A stretch of 33,189 bases of DNA from Acidimicrobiia bacterium (GTDB lineage: Bacteria > Actinomycetota > Acidimicrobiia > Spongiisociales > ZC4RG35), in contig DATDCF010000115.1 of assembly GCA_036524475.1 (NCBI GenBank), positions 1 through 33,189 on the forward strand, in the 5' to 3' direction. The first letter of the stretch is position 1. Each line of letters starts with the position of its first letter. Made by a program: the position numbers and the translations under genes. The notes below the pieces were generated by a model. It saw only the letters and a list, made by a program, of their open reading frames with translations. It was not told the DNA's origin and ran no database searches. Of this stretch, positions 1-9,290 are shown piece after piece.

Positions 1-1
1 G

Positions 2-178
2 ATTCTGGGACAATCGTGGCAGGAGGCCAGCGAAGCCATGATCGAGCGAACGGAACCCCCGGACAGAATTGCCGGGATCAGACGGCGATCTGCAAACCAA
101 ACCCGTCTGTTCGACACCGCCGAGATGCAGGGGTTGGTGGACGGTGATGTCCCTCCCGAGGACGGGACAGGCCCCTGA
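2..178 (+). CDS. 3' end of an unidentified gene that begins upstream of the window (partial)
   Basis: The frame is open from the window edge to TGA 176-178 (...DTAEMQGLVDGDVPPEDGTGP*). The stop lies 1 nt before the ATG of the next gene. No diagnostic motif recognised. Confidence 0.3.
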   Translation: MLGQSWQEASEAMIERTEPPDRIAGIRRRSANQTRLFDTAEMQGLVDGDVPPEDGTGP

Positions 179-179
179 A

Positions 180-736
180 ATGGCCAGTTTCCATCTCCTC
201 TGCGCCGGATACGGGGGTGACCGTGTCGCATCCACGGTGTCGTTGATTGTTGCCGAAGATGGCCTGGTGGTGATCGATCCCGGAATGGTTTCGGCGAGAT
301 CGGCCATCCTGGATCCGCTCTCGGAGTTGGGCTTCGACGTCCGGGACGTGACGGACGTCGTTCTATCTCATCACCACCCGACCACACGATCAACATTGCT
401 CTGTTCCCGAACACCAGGGTCCATGACCATTGGGCGGTGTATCTCAACGACGAGTGGACGGCGAGACCCGCTGAAGGGACCCTGGTCGCCGAAGGCGTCG
501 TGCTCTGGGAGACTCCCGGTCACACTCCGCAGGACATCACCACCATCGTCTCCGACGGTGACGATGTGATCGCCTTCACACACCTCTGGTGGTACGAGTC
601 GGCTCCGTTCGACGATCCCCTGGCGACCGATCCTGCCGGTCTGCACCGTGGGCGTGAACGCGTCCTCGAGGTGGCCACCTTGATAGTCCCCGGCCATGGT
701 GAGCCCTTCGTGCCCACGGCAGAAACTTCGAGATAG
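180..736 (+). pseudogene. MBL-fold metallo-hydrolase, disrupted by a 1-nt frameshift inside the HxHxDH zinc motif (or an assembly error)
   Basis: ATG 180 gives MASFHLLCAGYGG...VVLSHHHP in frame 0. The sequence continues as DHTINIALFPNTRVHDHWAVYLNDEW...ETPGHTPQD...VPGHGEPF only in the -1 frame from nt 380. Joined, the two pieces read SHHHPDH, the canonical HxHxDH motif. Confidence 0.7.
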
Positions 737-744
737 GTCGGCGC

Positions 745-1476
745 ATGGCTGGCAATGGACCCGTTGAGGAAATCTCGGCCAACGACTCTTATGCGAGAGT
801 TTCAGAGGGAAACGTCCTCGAGGTCGCACCAGACGGCCTTTTCCTCGATCGGACCGTTTTCTACTCCCGGGGTGGCGGACAGCCGGGTGACGTTGGAATC
901 ATCAAATGGGACGGGGATTCCCTGGAGGTGATCGATACCGTCCGCCGCGATGGGAAACCTTTTCACGTGGTGGCCGACGGATCTGAGATGCCGGATCCGG
1001 GTACTCCGGTCGAAGCCGCTATCGATTGGGAGAGGCGCTATCGAACGATGAAAGTCCACACCGCACTCCATGCTCTGTCCGGTCTGGTTTTTCGCGACTT
1101 CGACGCAAAGGTGACCGGTGGGAACATGACCCCCGATGGTGAAGCCCGTATGGACTTTGAACTCGACGGGATATCAGTCGAGTTCGGGCGGCAGGTCGAG
1201 GAAAAACTGAACTCGGAGCTAACCAAAAACTATCCGACTGAGATCCTCTACATGGCCCGTGAGGAGGCATTGAAGGATCCTGACTTGATCCGCACCAAGG
1301 TCAACCTGATACCGGAGTGGGTGGAGGAGATCAGGGTTATCGACATCGTCGGTCTGGATCGCCAGGCCGACGGTGGCACTCATGTTGCCTCGACCCTCGA
1401 GGTGGGATATGTCCAGGTGGTCAAGACAGAGTCGAAAGGTAAGGCTAATAAACGTATGAGGATCAAGCTCACCTAG
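745..1476 (+). CDS. alaX: alanyl-tRNA editing protein, AlaX-M type (Thr/Ala-tRNA synthetase second additional domain)
   Basis: 243 aa with the HTALHAL (HxxxH) and DGGTHV motifs typical of AlaX/AlaRS editing domains. Confidence 0.8.
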   Translation: MAGNGPVEEISANDSYARVSEGNVLEVAPDGLFLDRTVFYSRGGGQPGDVGIIKWDGDSLEVIDTVRRDGKPFHVVADGSEMPDPGTPVEAAIDWERRYRTMKVHTALHALSGLVFRDFDAKVTGGNMTPDGEARMDFELDGISVEFGRQVEEKLNSELTKNYPTEILYMAREEALKDPDLIRTKVNLIPEWVEEIRVIDIVGLDRQADGGTHVASTLEVGYVQVVKTESKGKANKRMRIKLT

Positions 1477-1498
1477 ATCGAGGTCCGGGGCGATCTAG
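1473..1498. terminator. 8-bp inverted repeat between convergent alaX and glnK that embeds both stop codons
   Basis: CTAGATCG (1473-1480) and CGATCTAG (1491-1498) flank a 10-nt loop. TAG of alaX is 1474-1476 and the glnK stop is 1495-1497. No U-tract. Confidence 0.3.
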
Positions 1499-1836
1499 AC
1501 CGCGTCGTCTCCCACCTCTCCTGTACGTATCCGTACGGCCCTTTCGACCGGGGTAACCCAAATCTTGCCGTCCCCGATCGACCCGGTGTGAGCAGCAGCG
1601 GCTACTGCTTCAACGATGAGGTCGACCTCCGAGTCTTCGCAGAGAATCTCGATTTTCGTCTTTGGTACGAATTCGACCTCATACTCCGCACCCCGAAAAC
1701 TCTCTGTGTGACCGCCCTGGCGCCCGAATCCGTGCGCCTCGCTTATGGTCATGCCGGCGACCCCGGATTGTTTGAGTGTTTCCTTGACCGGTCCGAGCCG
1801 TTGCGGCTTGATCACCGCCGTGATTAGTTGAAGCAT
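1495..1836 (-). CDS. glnK: P-II nitrogen regulatory protein
   Basis: 113 aa with T-loop GFGRQGGHTESFRGAEY and C-terminal DGKIWV...IRIRTGE. It starts 10 nt downstream of the amtB stop. Confidence 0.95.
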   Translation of the reverse strand: MLQLITAVIKPQRLGPVKETLKQSGVAGMTISEAHGFGRQGGHTESFRGAEYEVEFVPKTKIEILCEDSEVDLIVEAVAAAAHTGSIGDGKIWVTPVERAVRIRTGEVGDDAV

Positions 1837-1846
1837 GCCGTTCTCC

Positions 1847-3244
1847 TCAGGAATTTACTGGCTTCTTAGCCGCTACGCCCGCTAACGCATTCCCGTTTGG
1901 AACTGAGGGTTCGACCCCGTATCCAGGTGAGCCATGCTCCATGACATCGAGACCTGCCAACTCCTCTTCCCTACTGACCCGCAAACCGATGGTCCTTTTC
2001 AGGGCAAGGAACAACGCTCCGGCCGTAACGGTGACGAAAACGAAATGAACGACCACAAAAAGGAGCTGTGTCCAGAACTGATCGAGCCCTCCGCCATAGA
2101 AGAGCCCGGCGTTTTCACGACCCAAGAACGCATCGTCGTATCTTGCGAAGAACGCAATTGACAGGGTTCCAAAGGTACCTACAACTGCATGGACCGAAAT
2201 CGCACCGACAGGGTCATCGATCCTGAGCCGATCGAAGAGTCGTACTGAGAGAACCACTATCAACCCACCAATCCCACCGATAACGACTGACGCCCAGGTC
2301 TCGATCGAACCAACGGGAGCTGTCACCGCTACCAACCCCGCCAGCAGGCCGTTGGCTGCTATCGACACGTCCGGCTTCCCGTCGAGCCGCCAGTTCAGCA
2401 GCATCGCCGCAACGGAACCGGCACATGCGGCCAGCAGGGTCTTCAGCGCGATTTGCGGGACGAACTCGTCGGCGACGAGTTCAGAGCCCGGGTTGAATCC
2501 GAACCAACCTATGAAGAGAATCATCGCTCCAAGGACAACGAACGGGATTGAGTGGCCCGGTATCGCGCGTGGCTTGCCGTCCTTTCCGTACTTGCCGATT
2601 CGGGCACCGAGAACAATTGCCCCCATCATCGCCGCCCAACCCCCTGTCGCATGGACGATGGTCGACCCGGCGAAGTCCGAGAATGGGATTTCGAGCTGGG
2701 AGAGCCATCCGCCGCCCCAAGTCCACCGAACCACGATCGGGTAAATAAGGGCTGTAATGAAGAAGCTGTAGACGAAATAGCTCTTGAACTTGGTTCGCTC
2801 GGCCATTGCCCCTGACACAATTGTTGCCGCCGTTGCAGCGAATGCCGCCTGAAAGAAGAAGAACGTGGACGGAAGCAGCCCGTCGGCCACTGTGTCTTCG
2901 ACGCCGGCGATCCCCACTCCGAACCCCAACCAGCCACCAAGTAGCTCGGCACCCCCGAAGGCGATCCCGAATCCCACGATGGCGAAGGCGAGGACTCCTG
3001 CTGACATATCCATGAGATTCTTCATCATGATGTTCGCAACGTTCTTCCCGCGGGTCAGCCCGGCTTCCACCAGGGCGAACCCCGCCTGCATGAAAAACAC
3101 GAGGACGCCGGCAATGAACACCCAGAGATTGTCGAGGATGAATTGCGATGCCGGTGCCAACTCCTCCTGTGCCATCGCCGGACTCGCCAGAACCAAAACG
3201 AGCAGGGCTGACAGCCCTCCGCCAGTCAACAATTTGCGTCTCAC
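1847..3244 (-). CDS. amtB: ammonium transporter (Amt family) with N-terminal signal peptide
   Basis: 465 aa, multi-TM, with Amt signatures (FFMQAGFALVEAG, AGSTIVH, AISVHAVVG). GTG start is preceded by AAGGGAGGAAG. Confidence 0.95.
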   Translation of the reverse strand: MRRKLLTGGGLSALLVLVLASPAMAQEELAPASQFILDNLWVFIAGVLVFFMQAGFALVEAGLTRGKNVANIMMKNLMDMSAGVLAFAIVGFGIAFGGAELLGGWLGFGVGIAGVEDTVADGLLPSTFFFFQAAFAATAATIVSGAMAERTKFKSYFVYSFFITALIYPIVVRWTWGGGWLSQLEIPFSDFAGSTIVHATGGWAAMMGAIVLGARIGKYGKDGKPRAIPGHSIPFVVLGAMILFIGWFGFNPGSELVADEFVPQIALKTLLAACAGSVAAMLLNWRLDGKPDVSIAANGLLAGLVAVTAPVGSIETWASVVIGGIGGLIVVLSVRLFDRLRIDDPVGAISVHAVVGTFGTLSIAFFARYDDAFLGRENAGLFYGGGLDQFWTQLLFVVVHFVFVTVTAGALFLALKRTIGLRVSREEELAGLDVMEHGSPGYGVEPSVPNGNALAGVAAKKPVNS

Positions 3245-3333
3245 TCTCTTCCTCCCTTAGCCCGCATGGAGCGGGCCGGTTGTTAGCTGGGCGGAAATTA
3301 AGTGGCGCGCATTTCGCGACGATGGCAGCAGTG

Positions 3334-3371
3334 TTACGAGTCTGGCACCGAGGTGTTTCGGTTTCATTTCC
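3334..3371. promoter_or_regulatory. four pentamers phased at 11 bp, resembling an actinobacterial GlnR-type operator upstream of amtB-glnK
   Basis: GTTAC-n6-GGCAC-n6-GTTTC-n6-ATTTC lies 90-127 nt upstream of the amtB start. It contains GTnAC and GAAAC (minus-strand) half sites. Confidence 0.3.
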
Positions 3372-3447
3372 AAATCAGGGGCTGGTGTCACGGATCGTGG
3401 TCCGTCGGCCGGGTCTTCGAATGTTTGGCGCTACCTGCCAGAATCTC

Positions 3448-5967
3448 TCAGAGCGTGGAGCCGAGATAGTTGGCAAGCCGTAGGACATCGGCAAACACAC
3501 CCCCGGCGGTAACGTCAGGTCCGGCTCCCGGTCCCTGGACTACCAGCTGGTTGGTGTTGTAACGGTGGGTACGGAACATGACGATGTTGTCTGTGTGTCT
3601 ACCGCGCGCCAGGGAATGGTCGCTGCCGAGCGACTGTAGGGACACCGAACACCCGAGGTCGGGGTCGATGGTGCCGACGAATCGTAAAACCTCATTTCGT
3701 CGCCTCGCCTCTTCGAAGACCTGGAACATCGCGTCATCGTGGTCTGCGAGGTTGCCGAGAAAGTCCTCCGTTGACCCGAACTCGAGCCCATTGGGGACGA
3801 GTCCCTCGATCTTCACATCGCTGAGGCTGATATCCATGCCCATCTCGCGGGCAAGGATCACAATCTTGCGCGCCACGTCCATCCCCGACAGGTCATCACG
3901 GGGGTCGGGCTCGGTGTAGCCCTCGTCTCTGGCCGAAGAGACGATGCTCGAGAAGGGTTCCGATCCGTCAAAACGGTTGAAGAGATAGGCGAGAGTTCCC
4001 GAGAATATCCCATCGATTCGGTGGATGACATCGCCCGTCTGAACCAGGTCTCTCAGGGTTTGGATAACCGGAAGCGCCGCCCCGACGGTGGTTTCGTAGA
4101 AGTAGTGGGCATCGGCCCGTCGTCCATGCTCTAGCAATTCGCGGTAGTAACCGATCTCGCCGCTGTTGGCCTTCTTGTTAGGAGTTATCACGTGAACCCC
4201 CGCGGCCAGCCAAGCGCCGTAGCGTGCGGCAACGCTCTCGCTGGCCGTGCAATCGATGATGGCGGCATGAGGGACGGCATCGGTGTGGACGAAGTCGACG
4301 AGTCGGTCGAGATCAGCCGGGATTGCGTGCTCGCCGCCCGACATCCGCTCTCGCCACGAAGCCAGGTCGATCTGATTGTCGTCAACGATCATCGAGGTGC
4401 TGTTCGCGATGGCACGTACGCGTAGATCGACGCCGTAATCGTCGCGGAGGCGTTCGAGTTGTCGTTCCATCTGATCGAGCAGAGCAGAACCGATATGGCC
4501 CGGACCGACGAGTCCGATTGAAAGTGTCTGTCTCGACAGGTAGAAGCCGGAGTGAGCAGCCCTCAGTGCTCGGGTTGCCTGGTCGGAGGAGATGACTACT
4601 GAGATATTGCGTTCCGACGACCCCTGAGCGATGGCGCGGATGTTGACCCCAGCGCGCGCGAGGGCTCCAAAGAACTTCGCCGCGATTCCAGGCGTTCCCG
4701 ACATACCGTCACCAACCGCCGCCAATATCACACAATCAGAGGTGATCTCCACTTCCTGGAGTTGCCCGTGCTCCTTCTCGGAGGCGAATGCCTTTTCGAC
4801 GGCTCGTTTGGCTACTTCGCCCTGGTTCTCGGGTGTTGCGAAACAGATCGAGTGCTCCGAACTGCCTTGTGAGATGAGGACGACAGATACGCCGGCACTG
4901 CGTAGCGCCCCGAATAGCCGTTCAGCGATACCGGGAACTCCGATCATGGCCGTTCCTTCGAGGTTCAAAAGCGCAATATCTTCGATCGATGCGAAACCTT
5001 TTACAGGAAGTCTGGAAGCGGGTGACAGATGTACCCGGGTGCCCGGCTGATCAGGTTTGAACGTGTTGCGGATGGTGACCGGAATTTGTTGACGGATTGC
5101 TGGAGCCATGGTCGCCGGGTGGAGAACTTTCGCCCCGAAGTATGCGAGTTCGACTGCTTCGTCATAGGAGAGCTCGGCAAGTACTTGCGCTTGGGCCACC
5201 AGTGATGGATCTGCGGTCATCACCCCGTCCACATCGGTCCAGATGTTGATGTCCGATGAGCCGAGAAGCGCACCAAAAATGGAAGCGGAATAGTCGCTTC
5301 CGTTGCGCCCCAGGGTGGTTGGCGATCCCCTGTCATCGCTGGCGATGTATCCGGTGACGACAACGATTGGCTGCTGATGCTCGGAGAGCCAGGCGTCGAG
5401 TCGGGCGGAACTCTCCGTCCAGTCGACTACGGGCACGGGCTCAGTGTTCTCGACGACGAGCACCTCCCGCGCATCCATCCACGTCGCGGACTCGCCGATC
5501 TGCACCAGGTACGAGGCGAGAGCCTGGGCTGACCATATCTCCCCGAAACCGGAGACGACCCTGATGGCGTTGACGAGGGTGGCTCCCATCGCACTCGATG
5601 CTTTGAGGATGTCTGCGATCGCGTGGAAGTCGTGATCGATGCGGGTGATCAGATCAGAGGCGCCGCCGGCATCGAGCAAGTCTGAAACCAGACCAATTTG
5701 ATGTTCCTTCAGTTCTGCACACTGCCGCACCCATGAACTGTCCCTCCGCCCTGCGGTGTCGACCAGTCGAATCAGTCCATCGGTGATACCTCCCGCGGCG
5801 GATACAACGACCGCTTGATTATCGCCGCGGCCGGCGATAATCGAAGTCGCCTGTCGATACCCCGAGGCATCGGCGAGACTCGTGCCGCCAAACTTGTGTG
5901 TGACCCATCGAGTTTCGCTTGTTTGGTTGTCGACGGTTTTCCCGTCGGATCTTCCTATGTTCATCAA
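3448..5967 (-). CDS. thrA: bifunctional aspartokinase / homoserine dehydrogenase (ThrA-type fusion)
   Basis: 839 aa. The N-terminus has KFGGTSLADA (aspartokinase), the middle has ACT-like repeats, and the C-terminus has LVGPGHIGSALLDQ (NAD-binding) and a homoserine dehydrogenase catalytic region. The start is TTG 5967 or the adjacent ATG 5964. Confidence 0.9.
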   Translation of the reverse strand: MMNIGRSDGKTVDNQTSETRWVTHKFGGTSLADASGYRQATSIIAGRGDNQAVVVSAAGGITDGLIRLVDTAGRRDSSWVRQCAELKEHQIGLVSDLLDAGGASDLITRIDHDFHAIADILKASSAMGATLVNAIRVVSGFGEIWSAQALASYLVQIGESATWMDAREVLVVENTEPVPVVDWTESSARLDAWLSEHQQPIVVVTGYIASDDRGSPTTLGRNGSDYSASIFGALLGSSDINIWTDVDGVMTADPSLVAQAQVLAELSYDEAVELAYFGAKVLHPATMAPAIRQQIPVTIRNTFKPDQPGTRVHLSPASRLPVKGFASIEDIALLNLEGTAMIGVPGIAERLFGALRSAGVSVVLISQGSSEHSICFATPENQGEVAKRAVEKAFASEKEHGQLQEVEITSDCVILAAVGDGMSGTPGIAAKFFGALARAGVNIRAIAQGSSERNISVVISSDQATRALRAAHSGFYLSRQTLSIGLVGPGHIGSALLDQMERQLERLRDDYGVDLRVRAIANSTSMIVDDNQIDLASWRERMSGGEHAIPADLDRLVDFVHTDAVPHAAIIDCTASESVAARYGAWLAAGVHVITPNKKANSGEIGYYRELLEHGRRADAHYFYETTVGAALPVIQTLRDLVQTGDVIHRIDGIFSGTLAYLFNRFDGSEPFSSIVSSARDEGYTEPDPRDDLSGMDVARKIVILAREMGMDISLSDVKIEGLVPNGLEFGSTEDFLGNLADHDDAMFQVFEEARRRNEVLRFVGTIDPDLGCSVSLQSLGSDHSLARGRHTDNIVMFRTHRYNTNQLVVQGPGAGPDVTAGGVFADVLRLANYLGSTL

Positions 5968-6000
5968 TCGGTCCCGTAGTTCTGCAGTCGGCTACCAGCC

Positions 6001-6028
6001 AAAAAAAACCCGCACCGAATGGTGCGGG
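6001..6028 (-). terminator. intrinsic terminator of the thrA leader (attenuator)
   Basis: On the minus strand, CCCGCACC-AUUC-GGUGCGGG is followed by eight U. It ends 33 nt upstream of the thrA start. Confidence 0.75.
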
Positions 6029-6055
6029 ATTCGAGTTGCTTGGCCGTCGAAATGG

Positions 6056-6115
6056 CTAGTGCACAGCGAATCCCTGCCACATTCCGAATGTGGTCGTGGT
6101 GATTCCGGTGCACAT
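6056..6115 (-). CDS. candidate Thr/Ile leader peptide MCTGITTTTFGMWQGFAVH (19 aa)
   Basis: ATG 6115-6113; Ile plus four consecutive Thr codons (AUC ACC ACG ACC ACA, 6103-6089); UAG 6058-6056. It lies between a promoter-like element and the terminator. Too short to appear in the ORF track. Confidence 0.6.
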   Translation of the reverse strand: MCTGITTTTFGMWQGFAVH

Positions 6116-6136
6116 GGCGTATCTCAAGATCACACG

Positions 6137-6165
6137 ACGCTACCCGTGCCGGAGTCACCCGTCAA
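6137..6165 (-). promoter_or_regulatory. putative sigma-70-type promoter for the thrA leader
   Basis: Minus strand: TTGACG (6165-6160), 17-nt spacer, TAGCGT (6142-6137). The implied TSS is near 6130, about 15 nt before the leader ATG. Confidence 0.45.
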
Positions 6166-6502
6166 CAGACTGGCGACGGCCAAGCGCCACTCGGGCATGG
6201 GCTTCGAGCCCTTCCGGCCGGGCGAGAGCGATCACGTCTTGACGTATCGGTGCCGCATCGTCGAGTCGAAGCCACGTCTGAGGTCGTAGAAATGTCGAGA
6301 CCGATAATCCCGCACGGAACCTTGCACTGCCTCCGGTTGGCAGGACGTGGTTAGGGCCAATCCCATAATCAGCGAAAGCTTCGGCAGATCGCTGTCCGAG
6401 GAATATGTGTCGAGAGAGTACCTTGACGGGTTGCAGTTCGCCCGATAGGTTCTCTCCAACATGTTTGGTGCCAACTCGATTCGAATGATGTGTACGGTCT
6501 CC
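6155..6502 (-). pseudogene. hisD: C-terminal relic of histidinol dehydrogenase (about 115 codons, no start codon, N-terminal ~3/4 missing)
   Basis: The minus-strand frame reads ...IFLGQRSAEAFADYGIGPNHVLPTGGSARFRAGLSVSTFLRPQTWLRLDDAAPIRQDVIALARPEGLEAHARVALGR...*. The GxNHVLPTxGxARF, GLSVxxFL and EGLxAHA blocks are HisD hallmarks. The frame is closed upstream by TAG (6505-6503). There is no ATG/GTG/TTG that would give more than 27 aa. Confidence 0.75.
6423..6451 (+). promoter_or_regulatory. putative promoter for the metY-metX leader
   Basis: TTGACG (6423-6428), 17-nt spacer, TAGGTT (6446-6451). The -35 module TTGACGGGT is identical to that of the divergent thrA promoter. Confidence 0.45.
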
Positions 6503-6529
6503 CTAGAGCCGTGCGGACGAGTCGTGTAA
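6461..6529 (+). CDS. candidate leaderless Met/Cys leader peptide MFGANSIRMMCTVSLEPCGRVV (22 aa)
   Basis: ATG 6461 lies 10 nt after the -10 box and has no SD. Codons AUG AUG UGU occupy 6485-6493. The ORF contains the antiterminator segment CCGTGCGGA (6509-6517). TAA is at 6527-6529. Confidence 0.45.
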   Translation: MFGANSIRMMCTVSLEPCGRVV

Positions 6530-6553
6530 AACCAAACCAAAACCAAACGAGAG

Positions 6554-6587
6554 GATCCGCACCGGCGACGGTCGCGGATCTTTTTTT
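6554..6587 (+). terminator. strong intrinsic terminator 60 nt upstream of metY (attenuator terminator)
   Basis: GATCCGCACCG-GCGA-CGGTCGCGGATC forms 11 bp with one bulged C and a GNRA-type loop, followed by TTTTTTT (6581-6587). Confidence 0.8.
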
Positions 6588-6598
6588 ATTACAGATAG

Positions 6599-9057
<2,459 letters not shown>

Positions 9058-9290
9058 CCCGATCACCCGATGGCGAGTTCTCCCAACCTGACCAAGTCCT
9101 TTTTCAGGGCGGTGCCAGTCGTTCCCTCTGCGCCAATGAATGCAAAATGCACGAGGGACTATCTCGTGGCTAGTCGACAGCTGACCCAGAACGATTCGCT
9201 TTCTCAAAAGCAAGGGCAGCCCGCGGTGGGAGACCTGGTCGGGGACGAACGGTCTGTGTTTAAGATGCATCGCTCCCAGATAGGGAGCTT

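Noticed and set aside
1495-1836. GlnK seemed to lack the modifiable T-loop tyrosine (HTESFRG instead of HTELYRG)
   Set aside because: Counting against E. coli GlnB shows the substituted residue is Tyr46. The modified Tyr51 equivalent (GAEY, Tyr52 here) is present.
6400-6500. Possible SAM-I (S-box) riboswitch upstream of metY (GAGAG..., GCCCGAUAGG, GGUGCCAAC resemble fragments of the consensus)
   Set aside because: I could not build the P1 helix or the four-way junction, and the conserved GAGGGA, GCAACC and AGAUGAG-type elements are missing. The region is antisense to the hisD relic, and the putative promoter lies inside it. cmscan should still be run to be sure.
6309-6517. Long-range 8-bp pairing CCGCACGG (6309-6316) with CCGTGCGG (6509-6516) that could close a ~200-nt aptamer-like domain before the metY terminator
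   Set aside because: The 5' partner lies upstream of the predicted TSS and inside the well-conserved part of the hisD relic. It is probably a chance complement in GC-rich DNA.
6232-6546. Listed 104-aa minus-strand ORF in the thrA/metY intergenic region
   Set aside because: It is the wrong frame over the hisD relic. Its sequence has no protein-like features, while the neighbouring frame carries clear HisD motifs.
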